A DNA stretch of 64,000 nt, taken from NCBI GenBank assembly GCA_040219255.1, contig JAVJSW010000004.1, positions 96,001 to 160,000 of the forward strand, written 5' to 3'. The DNA is from Sumerlaeia bacterium (GTDB lineage Bacteria; Sumerlaeota; Sumerlaeia; SLMS01; JAHLLQ01). Within the stretch, counting starts at the first letter, position 1; each line of letters opens with the position of its first letter. Below, one piece after another: positions 35,335 through 44,119 of the stretch. The position numbers were made by a program, and so were the translations under genes. A model generated the notes under the pieces. It worked only from the letters and a program-made list of their open reading frames with translations. It searched no databases and was not told where the DNA came from.

Positions 35335-36438
35335 ATGGCCAAGAAAACAGGGACGGGGAAAACCCCACGCGAAAAAAAAGGGACCCCCGGCGGGGCCGTG
35401 TCCGCCGAGGAGGTCGCCCGTCTGGCCGGCGTTTCGGTGATGACTGTGAGCCGGGCGCTGCGGGGCACGTCCGGCGTGTCTCTCAAGACGCGCGACCGGA
35501 TCGTTCGGATCGCTTCGGACCTGGGCTATCAGCCCAGCCTGGCGGCCCGCAGCCTGCGCACCGGCCGCATCGAAACCATCGGGTTTCTGATCTGGAGCCA
35601 TGACGCCCTGCGGGGCGGTTATCACTCCGAGTCCCTCGCCGGCATCGATTCGGTGGCGAGCGAGCAAGGCTATAACGTGCTGCTGACGGTGGCTCCACCG
35701 AACGTGAGCATGGGAGATTACGCGCGGCGGCTGATCCACGAGCGCCGCGTCGGCAGCCTGGTTCTGCAGGGCTCGCGCCTCTCGCCCCAGGACCTGAAGG
35801 ACCTGGCGGAGGTGCAAACGCCAAAGGTCTTCATCAATTACACGGGCAAACTCGCCACGAACGCGCAGGGCGCCTGCTGCGTCGGGTTCGACAACCACGA
35901 TGGCATCGAGCAGGCGGTGCGGCACCTGGTGGCGCTGGGTCACGAACGCATCGCGTACATCGGCGGCACGCCGACGGACCGCGACGCCATCGAGCGCGAA
36001 GAGGGCTTTCGCGCCGCCATGATGAAGCTCAAGCTGGCGGTCAACCCCGACTGGATCCGGCCCGGCGATTTCGCCCACGCCATCGAAGCCGGCCAGGCCC
36101 AGGGCGATTACCTGATCGCCGAAGGCAGCGGTGGCCCGACCGCCATCGTCTGCGCGGCGGACTCCATCGCTTATGGCGTCCTGACGAGCGCCCGCCGGGC
36201 CGAATTGGATCTGCCGCGTCAGCTCTCCGTCGTCGGCTTCGACGACGATCTGGCCGCCGCCCATGTGGTGCCGCCGCTGACGACGCTGAACCACAGCGGC
36301 TGGGATTTGGGCCAGCGGGCCGGCAAGGAATTGCTGCGCCAGATCGCCGGGGAAGCCACTGGCAATCAGACCGTTGTGCTGAAGACCCGGCTGGTGGTGC
36401 GCAACTCCACCGCCAGTCCGGCGGAGCCGCGGCGCTAA
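35335..36438 (+). CDS. LacI-family transcriptional regulator
   Basis: HTH VARLAGVSVMTVSRAL, LGYQPSLAARSL hinge, LGHERIAYI, SVVGFDD, PPLTT and LVVRNST motifs. Confidence 0.95.
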   Translation: MAKKTGTGKTPREKKGTPGGAVSAEEVARLAGVSVMTVSRALRGTSGVSLKTRDRIVRIASDLGYQPSLAARSLRTGRIETIGFLIWSHDALRGGYHSESLAGIDSVASEQGYNVLLTVAPPNVSMGDYARRLIHERRVGSLVLQGSRLSPQDLKDLAEVQTPKVFINYTGKLATNAQGACCVGFDNHDGIEQAVRHLVALGHERIAYIGGTPTDRDAIEREEGFRAAMMKLKLAVNPDWIRPGDFAHAIEAGQAQGDYLIAEGSGGPTAIVCAADSIAYGVLTSARRAELDLPRQLSVVGFDDDLAAAHVVPPLTTLNHSGWDLGQRAGKELLRQIAGEATGNQTVVLKTRLVVRNSTASPAEPRR

Positions 36439-36471
36439 CCCTCCGCGGCCCGCCAAAGATACGCTCCATTA

Positions 36472-36483
36472 GTTAACGTTATC
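36472..36483. promoter_or_regulatory. Putative auxiliary operator GTTAACGTTATC
   Basis: CG-centred variant of the consensus, upstream of pilin-like gene 1. Confidence 0.5.
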
Positions 36484-36781
36484 TCGATTGCGGCGCGCCG
36501 ATTCCCATCTCGCCCCGAGAGCCCCTTCTCTGCCCGCCAGATCCCCGAACAATCCCAGAGATCATTGTCATTGGAGACGTTGCCGTCGGCGATCGACCGA
36601 GCGGAGGTCTTGAGATAGCAAGGCAGGGCCCTTTGAATTTGGCCTCGCAGCAAAAAAAATGAGGCGCCGCCTCTTTACACAAACCTTTGTTGGAAAACGC
36701 TTTAGAGAATACGAAGAGGCCTCTTCGGGGCGCGTTCTTGGGGCCTGCTCATTTTTTCCTTGCCAGAGCGAAGGTGGATGA

Positions 36782-36798
36782 GGAACGTTATCGTTATC
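36782..36798 (+). promoter_or_regulatory. Operator GGAACGTTATCGTTATC upstream of pilin-like gene 1
   Basis: Contains GTTATCGTTATC. The 13-mer GGAACGTTATCGT recurs exactly at 47074-47086 (- strand) upstream of pilin-like gene 2. A TTGCCA -35-like hexamer lies at 36760. Confidence 0.65.
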
Positions 36799-36876
36799 TC
36801 TGTCGGACCGGTCTACTCCCCGCAGGCCCCAGCCGCACCACCGTTCTTCCCGAAAACCCCGCAAAGGACCCATCCC

Positions 36877-37518
36877 ATGTCACTACGCACCCCAAGTAAG
36901 GCCTTCACCCTCATCGAGCTTCTCATCGTGGTCGCCATCATCGCGATTCTGGCCGCTATCGCCGTGCCCAACTTCCTGGAAGCCCAGGTGCGCGCCAAAG
37001 TCAGCCGCGCCAAGGCCGACATGCGGTCCCTGGCCACCGGCCTCGAATCTTATCGGGTGGACAATAACAAGTACGTCCCCACGCCGAACTACAACCGCGT
37101 GACCGGCGCCCAGACCTTTACCCACGAGGCCCGCTGGGCTTACCTGACGACGCCCATCGCCTACATGACGTCGATCATCGACGATCCGTTCGGCGATACA
37201 GATGTGACCGAGAGCAACTGGAATACGAGCAGCAAGTTCCGCACCTTCGACTACACGGCGTTCGACACGGAAGGCAGCTTCGAGGCGAACTTCTTCAAGC
37301 CCGACCTGGTGCAGGCTTACGGCTACTCCGAGTCGATTCTGTGGCTGATCGCTTCCCAGGGTCCGGACCTTGAGCCGGGCCTGAAAGTCAACGATCCCGC
37401 CGCCGGCACCGTCAGCGGCTTCGCCACCGGTCTGCCCTATGATCCCACGAACGGCACGGTGAGCGCGGGCGATGTGATCCGCTTCGGTCCCGGCGGGGGC
37501 ACGGCGGGCGGCGCCTAA
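36877..37518 (+). CDS. Prepilin-type N-terminal cleavage/methylation protein (type IV pilin/pseudopilin-like) 1
   Basis: KA|FTLIELLIVVAIIAILAAIAVPNF class III signal; LTTPIAY, SQGPD and YDPTNGTVSAGD motifs. Confidence 0.92.
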   Translation: MSLRTPSKAFTLIELLIVVAIIAILAAIAVPNFLEAQVRAKVSRAKADMRSLATGLESYRVDNNKYVPTPNYNRVTGAQTFTHEARWAYLTTPIAYMTSIIDDPFGDTDVTESNWNTSSKFRTFDYTAFDTEGSFEANFFKPDLVQAYGYSESILWLIASQGPDLEPGLKVNDPAAGTVSGFATGLPYDPTNGTVSAGDVIRFGPGGGTAGGA

Positions 37519-37651
37519 GGCGTCAACCCAGCCTGCCGCGCATCCACTCTCCCATCCCATCGGCCACTCATCGCCGCGGGTGCCTTCTCCCAGCACCCGC
37601 GGCGTTTTCTATCGCAGTCCCCGTTTCCATCCCCCCATCGAGGTTTCCATC

Positions 37652-39259
37652 ATGAAGAGATTGCTGACCGCCACGGCCATCACGCTGATCGCGGCCGCCC
37701 TGCCAGCCCAGGATCAGGGAGCCTCCGCTTCCGATCCCGGCGGCCAAGGGGACAAAGGCTGGCGCCTTGTCTGGTCCGATGACTTCGAGGGCCCGGAAAT
37801 CGACCCGGCCAAATGGAACCACCAGGTCTTTCCCGGAGTCGCCAGCGGCAACAACGAACTCCAGCACTACACCGACCGCCCGGTGAACAGCTTTGTCGAG
37901 GACGGCCGTCTGGTCATCAAGGCGATCCGCGAAGAGTATCGGGATCATGCCTACACTTCGGCGCGGCTGAACACGGCGGGCAAGTTCGCGTTCCGCTATG
38001 GCCGCGTCGAAGCCCGCATCAAGATCCCTTCCACGCCGGGCATCTGGCCCGCGTTCTGGATGATGCCGGAGGAATCAGTCTATGGTGGCTGGCCCCACAG
38101 CGGTGAGATCGACATCATGGAATCGGTAAACGACGCCGATGAGATCTACGGCACCATCCACTATGGCAATCCGGGTCACACCCATCAGGGCGAAGGCGTC
38201 AAGCTGGCGGAGGTGGACGGCCGGCGGCCGCTCTTTTCCGAAGACTTCCACGTCTACGCCGCCGAGTGGCAGCCGGGGGAAATCCGCTGGTATCTGGATG
38301 GCGAACTCTTTGGCGTCCAGACCGAGTGGGCGTCGCCCCACGCGCCCTTTCCCGCGCCCTTCGATCAGGAATTCCACCTGCTCCTGAACGTCGCCGTGGG
38401 TGGTAACTGGCCCGGTTCGCCAGACGACAGCAGCGTCTTCCCCCAGACCATGGAAGTCGATTGGGTGCGGGTTTACCAGAGCGGCAACGAATTCCCCACG
38501 GTCGAGGTGCTCGCTCCGGCGCAGGGCGCCATCGTTCCGGCGAACGAACCGATGCGCATTGAAATCGAAGCCAACGACCCGGACGGCGAAATCGTCCGGG
38601 CCCAGTTGCTGCGCGGCCTGGAGGTGCTGGCCGAGGCGAGCGAGGCGCCCTTCGCGCTCCTTGCACCCGGGCTCGCGGATGGCTGCTACGACGACCTGAC
38701 GGTGCTGGTAATCGACGATCAAGGCGCCCGCGCCCGCGCGAATCTGGCCATCGAGGCGGGGCGGGGTTGCCCCCAGGAGCCATGGGGCGACAGCGCCATA
38801 GCCCTCCCGGGACACTTCGAGGCCGAACATTTCGACCGGGGCCGCCCCGGCGAAGCCTATCACGACAGTGACAAGAGCAACCAGGGGCGCGCCTTTCGCG
38901 GGGACTCGCAGGTCGATGTCGGCGAAGACGACGGCGTTCGCTACCTCGGATGGACCGAGGCCGGCGAGTGGGTCGAGTACACCGTGACCGTACCGGAGGC
39001 GGGCACTTACCGCTTCTCCGGCCGGGTGGCGTCCGCCGCGGGCGGCGGCACGATTCAGATTTCCGCCGACGGCACCAGCCAAACCGTCCACGCCAACGCC
39101 CCCGGCACGGGTGATTGGCACACCTTTGACAAAATCGGTTTCGCCGGCCTGATCACGCTGAGCGAGGGGCTCAACGTCCTTCGCCTGACCTGGGAAACGG
39201 GCGGGGTCAATGTCGACTCCTTGGAAGGCCTCCTCGAGGGCGATAAACGTTTACGATAA
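37652..39259 (+). CDS. Secreted GH16 beta-1,3-glucanase (laminarinase-like) + Ig-like + CBM6
   Basis: Signal peptide; WSDDF, GNNELQHY, WPAFWM and catalytic EIDIME. CBM6-like EAEHFD..GWTEAGEWVEY. Confidence 0.92.
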   Translation: MKRLLTATAITLIAAALPAQDQGASASDPGGQGDKGWRLVWSDDFEGPEIDPAKWNHQVFPGVASGNNELQHYTDRPVNSFVEDGRLVIKAIREEYRDHAYTSARLNTAGKFAFRYGRVEARIKIPSTPGIWPAFWMMPEESVYGGWPHSGEIDIMESVNDADEIYGTIHYGNPGHTHQGEGVKLAEVDGRRPLFSEDFHVYAAEWQPGEIRWYLDGELFGVQTEWASPHAPFPAPFDQEFHLLLNVAVGGNWPGSPDDSSVFPQTMEVDWVRVYQSGNEFPTVEVLAPAQGAIVPANEPMRIEIEANDPDGEIVRAQLLRGLEVLAEASEAPFALLAPGLADGCYDDLTVLVIDDQGARARANLAIEAGRGCPQEPWGDSAIALPGHFEAEHFDRGRPGEAYHDSDKSNQGRAFRGDSQVDVGEDDGVRYLGWTEAGEWVEYTVTVPEAGTYRFSGRVASAAGGGTIQISADGTSQTVHANAPGTGDWHTFDKIGFAGLITLSEGLNVLRLTWETGGVNVDSLEGLLEGDKRLR

Positions 39260-39260
39260 C
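39249..39260. promoter_or_regulatory. Putative auxiliary operator GTTTACGATAAC
   Basis: Variant of the consensus overlapping the GH16 stop codon, 124 bp upstream of the main site. Confidence 0.5.
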
Positions 39261-39341
39261 TCAAGAGAGCGCCGGTTGCTTGAAATGAGGTGCCGACTCA
39301 CGCTTGATCGGATTGCCCAAAGAATGCCTGGCGTATCTGGC

Positions 39342-39384
39342 TTGACGAGGCTCGGCTATCCCATTAAATTTAGCTAACGATAAC
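39342..39384 (+). promoter_or_regulatory. Sigma70-like promoter with overlapping operator
   Basis: TTGACG-17 bp-TAAATT (39342-39370), then GCTAACGATAAC (39373-39384). Same geometry as the 27909 promoter. Confidence 0.7.
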
Positions 39385-39424
39385 AAGACTTCACCCCTCG
39401 CGAGGCCGCCCGAAGGAGTTCGGA

Positions 39425-40813
39425 ATGAGGACAGGAAACCGAAAGAAGCCCTCGCCCCGGCGGGCCGCGATGCCATTGCTCACGGCCTCCGCCCTTCTCG
39501 CTCTGGCCGCCGCCCGCGCCCTGGCTCAGGGCGACGGTTGGCAACTTGTCTGGCAGGACGAGTTCGATGGGCCCGGCATCGACGCCGCCAAGTGGACGCA
39601 CGAGGTCAACGCCTGGGGCGGCGGAAACAACGAGCTTCAATTCTACACCGCCCGGCCGCAAAACTCCTTTGTGCAGGACGGCAAACTGATCCTGCGGGCC
39701 ATCCGCGAAAACTATACGGCGGTCGATCCCTCGGATAACGTCCAGAAAACCCGCCTGTATACCTCGGCCCGGCTCAATTCCCGGTTCAAGGGCGACTGGC
39801 TTTACGGCCGGTTCGAAATCCGGGCCAAGCTGCCTGGGGGCCAGGGGCTCTGGCCCGCCATCTGGATGCTGCCGACGGACTATGTCTACGGCGGTTGGGC
39901 CGCCAGCGGCGAAATCGACATCATGGAACTGCGCGGCAACGAACCCGAGATCCTCAGCAACGCGATCCACTACGGCGGTCCCTGGCCCAACAACACCTAC
40001 TCGGCCCATGAAACGCCCGGTCCTGACCTGACGGTGGCTTTCCACACCTACGCCCTCGAGTGGGATGTAGACGAACTGCGATGGTACCTGGACGATCAGG
40101 AGGTCTGGCGCACGTCGAGCTGGTTCAGCGATAACGGCGACTACCCGGCACCCTTCGACCAGCGCTTCCACCTGCTGCTGAACGTGGCCGTGGGCGGCGA
40201 TTTCCTGCCCAATCCGCCTCCCAATCCGACCTACTTCCCCCAGGAAATGCAGGTCGAGTACGTCCGCGTCTATCAGCGCGACCGCGACGACCAAACGCCC
40301 TGGTCCGGCGAGCGCCACGTCCTGCCCACACGCATCGAGGCTGAGCACTACGATGTCGGCGGCAACAGCATTTCCTACTTCGACACGGGGCCTGAGAACG
40401 TCGGCGGCGCTTTTCGCCTGGACGAGGGCGTCGACATCGAGGATTCCCAGGACACCGACGCCAGCTTCTCCGTGGGGTGGTTCGAGACGGGCGAGTGGCT
40501 CGAGTACTCCGTGACGGTTCCGGCGAGCGGCACTGTCGATCTGACCTTTCGCAACGCCACCAACAGCTCCGGCGCCACCCTCGGCGTCGAGTTCCGCCAG
40601 GGCGGCCAGACCGTCGCCAGCCAGACCGTCGCACAAGGCAACACTGGCGGCTGGTACACTTGGACTTCCGAGACGAAGGCGTCCTTCGAACTGGACGCCG
40701 GTGACTACATTCTGCGGGTGACGTCGCAGTCCGAGCCGCTCAACTTCAACTTCGTGGATGCGGCGGTGACGCCACCGGGCGCGAGCAACCTCTGGATCAT
40801 CAGAGGCAACTGA
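39425..40813 (+). CDS. Secreted GH16 beta-1,3-glucanase + CBM6
   Basis: Signal peptide (ALA|Q); WQDEF, GNNELQFY, WPAIWM and EIDIME. CBM6-like IEAEHYD..GWFETGEWLEY. Ends SNLWIIRGN. Confidence 0.92.
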   Translation: MRTGNRKKPSPRRAAMPLLTASALLALAAARALAQGDGWQLVWQDEFDGPGIDAAKWTHEVNAWGGGNNELQFYTARPQNSFVQDGKLILRAIRENYTAVDPSDNVQKTRLYTSARLNSRFKGDWLYGRFEIRAKLPGGQGLWPAIWMLPTDYVYGGWAASGEIDIMELRGNEPEILSNAIHYGGPWPNNTYSAHETPGPDLTVAFHTYALEWDVDELRWYLDDQEVWRTSSWFSDNGDYPAPFDQRFHLLLNVAVGGDFLPNPPPNPTYFPQEMQVEYVRVYQRDRDDQTPWSGERHVLPTRIEAEHYDVGGNSISYFDTGPENVGGAFRLDEGVDIEDSQDTDASFSVGWFETGEWLEYSVTVPASGTVDLTFRNATNSSGATLGVEFRQGGQTVASQTVAQGNTGGWYTWTSETKASFELDAGDYILRVTSQSEPLNFNFVDAAVTPPGASNLWIIRGN

Positions 40814-40857
40814 GGCCCCGGCGCCGAGCCTCGCTCTCCTCCACTTGCTCCCAAAAG

Positions 40858-40895
40858 ACGATCGCACCGGTTCGCTTGCGGACCGGTGCGATCGT
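40858..40895. terminator. Long hairpin between convergent genes (bidirectional terminator candidate)
   Basis: ACGATCGCACCGGTTCGC / GCGGACCGGTGCGATCGT inverted repeat. Confidence 0.65.
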
Positions 40896-40927
40896 GAGAG
40901 GGAGGCTGGTTGCGTTCCGGGGGCGGG

Positions 40928-41842
40928 CTATTCCTTGAGGCCGGTGAGCGAAATGCCCTGCATGAAGGACTTCTGGCAGAGGAAGAACAGCACCGTCACC
41001 GGAAGGATCATGACCAACGTGGCAGCCATCAGGAGGTTGACCTCCACGCCGCCGAGCTGGGTCTGGAAAGCCTGAAGCCCGAGAGCCAGGGTGAACTGGG
41101 TGTCGTCGGTCAGGAAGATCAACGGCGCCATGAAATCGTTCCAGTGATACATGAACGTGAAGAGGGCGACGACGAGAAGGGCCGAGCGGGACAGCGGCAG
41201 AACGAGCTGGACGAAGATGCGGATTTCACCGCAGCCATCGATGCGGGCGGCCTCCGTCAGGGTGCGGGGGATGCTGAGGAAGAACTGGCGCAGCAGGAAG
41301 ATGTTGTACGCCACACCGAACCAGGCCGGCACCCAGAGGGGCTTGAAGGTTCCGATCCAGCCCAGCTCTCGAAAAATGGCGTACTGGGGCACCATCAGCA
41401 CGGGAAACGGAATCATCATGGTGGCGAGGGTCAGGGCGAAGAACGCGCCGCTGCCACGGAAGCGGAAGTGGGCGAACGCCCATGCCGCCATGGCGCAACT
41501 GAGCACCGTGCCGCAGACGTTCAGGCCGCAAACCAGCAGGGTGTTGAGCAGATAGCGCAGAAAGTCCATTTCGACCAGCGCCTGCTTGAAATTGCCCCAT
41601 TGCGCGTCGTCGGGCAGCAGCGTCGGCGGGAAGGCGGTGGCCTCCGGCAGGGTCTTCAGCGACGTCGTCACGAGAACGAGGAAGGGCAGGAGGAAGACGA
41701 AGGCCACCAGGAGAGCGGCGATCTGGACGACCGGACTGGGCCGGCTGTCCGACGGGATCTTGTGCAGCCGCAGCATCGTCAGCCAACGGGGCCGTGGCGG
41801 CTCGGCGGCGGTGGTCATGGGAAAGGTGTATCGTGAAGCCAT
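40928..41842 (-). CDS. Carbohydrate ABC transporter permease (MalG-like)
   Basis: FLLRQFFLSIPRTLTEAARIDG EAA loop, WNDFMAPL and about 6 TM. Confidence 0.93.
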   Translation of the reverse strand: MASRYTFPMTTAAEPPRPRWLTMLRLHKIPSDSRPSPVVQIAALLVAFVFLLPFLVLVTTSLKTLPEATAFPPTLLPDDAQWGNFKQALVEMDFLRYLLNTLLVCGLNVCGTVLSCAMAAWAFAHFRFRGSGAFFALTLATMMIPFPVLMVPQYAIFRELGWIGTFKPLWVPAWFGVAYNIFLLRQFFLSIPRTLTEAARIDGCGEIRIFVQLVLPLSRSALLVVALFTFMYHWNDFMAPLIFLTDDTQFTLALGLQAFQTQLGGVEVNLLMAATLVMILPVTVLFFLCQKSFMQGISLTGLKE

Positions 41843-41855
41843 AAGAGCGGTTCTT

Positions 41856-42749
41856 TCATGCGCCTCCGTAGTGGACGTGGCGCCGCGAAGCGCGGTGGCC
41901 GGCCCAGGTCAGAAGCGCGATCAGCAGGAAGAGAATCCAGGCCATGGCGCTGGCGTAGCCCATGCGCAGATAGGTGAAGGCCTGATTGAAAAGATACATC
42001 GCGTAGAACAGGGTCGAGCGGGCCGGTTCGCCATCGGCGCCCATCATGACGTAGGGCAGGGCGAAAATCTGCAGCACGGTGATGATGCCGATAATCATGT
42101 TGAAGTAAATCACCGGGGAAATCATTGGCAGGCTGATGTTGAGAATCTGCTGCCACCACGAAGCCCCGTCGACGCGGGCGGCGTCGTAGAGGGTTCTGGG
42201 GACTTCCGACAGAGAAGCCAGATAGATGATCACGGCGTTGCCTGTGCCCCAGAGGGTGGTCAGCACCAGGCCGGGCTTGGTCCAGGACGGATCGCCGAGC
42301 CAATCGGGGGATGCCAAGCCGAGGGGCTGAAGGATGCCGTTGATCAGGCCGTACTCTGGATTCAGCAGATACTGCCACAGCATGCCCATCGCGACCAGCG
42401 GAACGAGGCTCGGCAGGAAGACGATGGTGCGCATGATGCCTTTGCCCCACATCGGGGAATTCAGCAGCAGAGCCAGCGCGATGGAAACCACCGTGCCGAT
42501 CGGCAAAGCCAGGCCGGCGAAGAGGATCGTGTTCCAAAGGGACTTCCAGAAGAGCGCGTCGCGCGTCAGATCCGTGTAGTTTCCCACACCGATAAAGACG
42601 GGTTCGGTGAGCACCGAGTAGTCGCAGAGGCTGAAGTACAAGGAAAGGATCGCGGGCAAGGCCACGAACACCGTGAAGCCAATGATCCACGGGCTGAGGA
42701 AAAGCGCCGCGCTGGCCAGTTGGTGGCGGTCGGTTCGAGTCATTTTCAT
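41856..42749 (-). CDS. Carbohydrate ABC transporter permease (MalF-like)
   Basis: FLSPWIIGF, FIGVGNY, VPRTLYDAARVDGA and MGYASAMAW motifs. Confidence 0.93.
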   Translation of the reverse strand: MKMTRTDRHQLASAALFLSPWIIGFTVFVALPAILSLYFSLCDYSVLTEPVFIGVGNYTDLTRDALFWKSLWNTILFAGLALPIGTVVSIALALLLNSPMWGKGIMRTIVFLPSLVPLVAMGMLWQYLLNPEYGLINGILQPLGLASPDWLGDPSWTKPGLVLTTLWGTGNAVIIYLASLSEVPRTLYDAARVDGASWWQQILNISLPMISPVIYFNMIIGIITVLQIFALPYVMMGADGEPARSTLFYAMYLFNQAFTYLRMGYASAMAWILFLLIALLTWAGHRASRRHVHYGGA

Positions 42750-44119
42750 GGGCGTGCGCTCCAGGCGGCGAGGCGGTCTTCACGAACTCGTTCCCAAGCC
42801 CGGTTGGCTTGATCGAGTCGCGGCTGGAGCCGTTCCTTGACCTGCCGCATCAGAGTTTCCGGATCGGAGCCGCCGGGGTTTGTCCAGAGCTGTTGGTAGG
42901 CCGCACCCAGTTCGTCCCGATACTCGGTCCAGATGGCGATCTGCGGCGCGCCAAAGGCGTTCTTCGACTCCGCCAGTTCGCGAAACAGCTCGATTTCTTT
43001 GTTCGGGTGCGAGGCGTAGAAATCCTCGCTCACTTCACGCAGGGGCGAAAACTTGAACTGATCCAGGCAAAGCCGCTCCATATTGCGCTGTTGCTGCACA
43101 AACTGGATAAAGTCCCATGCCTCGCGCGGGTGTTCGGCGCCGCGCGGAATGACCAGCAGGTCGGTCTCCACGATGGTCACCGGTTCGCCGCCGGTTTCAA
43201 ATCCGGCGGGAAAGGGTGCGGCGGCCCATTTCACATCGGGGCCAAAGGTCTCGATGAAACTGGCCATCCAGACACCCTGGAGTTTCATCGCCATGCGGTT
43301 GCTCATGAACGAATTGGAGGACGACGCGAACTGGCCCCGGTGCGCCGATTCGAAGAGGCGCATCTTCTCGTAGTCGTAGTCCTTGGTGAAGGAGGCGAAC
43401 CATTCGAGCGCGGCGATGGACTCGGGTGAGTCACAGGTCAATTCCTGGCCGTCGGCGCTGATCAGCGGATCGCCGAACCACATGCCCCACATCGGGGTCC
43501 ACCAGCCCGGGTCGGTGGGCAGAAAGCCCATCTGATCGTACTTGCCGTCGTCTCCGGAGCGGGTCAGGGCCTGGGAAGCGGCGTCGAAGCGATCGAGTGT
43601 CGCCAGATCCGCGGCCGGATCGAGACCCGCCTCCTCCAGCATGTCCACGTTGTAGTGGAGAGCGATGCTTGCGGGCGTTGTCGGCAGGCCCCAGGTATGG
43701 TCGCGGTAGTGACACAGGGCGTAGATCGAAGGCACATAATCTTCGCCATCAACCCCCGCATCTTCCATGTAGTAATCGAGCGGCTGCAACGCCCCCATAT
43801 CCACGAAGCTGGGTAGCGCGTAACTCCAGAAACCGGAGACATCGGGCGGGTTGCCGCCGCTGGTCGCCAGGAGCAGTTTGCGCTCGAGCGAGCTTTGGCT
43901 GACGAAGTTCACCCAGACCTTGTCCTGCGACGCGTTGTAGTCGTCAATGCGCTGCATCGCTTCCTTTTCGAAGTTGGTCCACTTCTCCCAGTAATCGATC
44001 ACGATGCGGCCGTCTTCGCGGATGTCGCTCGAGCCCGAGGAGCATCCGGTCACAGCGACAGCCAAACCGGCCGCCGCGGCGAAGACTAGGCCTTTGGATA
44101 TCTGACGCGTCGCGCTCAT
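42746..44119 (-). CDS. Sugar ABC transporter substrate-binding lipoprotein
   Basis: Lipobox VTG|C; GNPPDV, WGLP..LHYNVDML and AWDFIQF (family 1 SBP). Confidence 0.92.
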   Translation of the reverse strand: MSATRQISKGLVFAAAAGLAVAVTGCSSGSSDIREDGRIVIDYWEKWTNFEKEAMQRIDDYNASQDKVWVNFVSQSSLERKLLLATSGGNPPDVSGFWSYALPSFVDMGALQPLDYYMEDAGVDGEDYVPSIYALCHYRDHTWGLPTTPASIALHYNVDMLEEAGLDPAADLATLDRFDAASQALTRSGDDGKYDQMGFLPTDPGWWTPMWGMWFGDPLISADGQELTCDSPESIAALEWFASFTKDYDYEKMRLFESAHRGQFASSSNSFMSNRMAMKLQGVWMASFIETFGPDVKWAAAPFPAGFETGGEPVTIVETDLLVIPRGAEHPREAWDFIQFVQQQRNMERLCLDQFKFSPLREVSEDFYASHPNKEIELFRELAESKNAFGAPQIAIWTEYRDELGAAYQQLWTNPGGSDPETLMRQVKERLQPRLDQANRAWERVREDRLAAWSARP

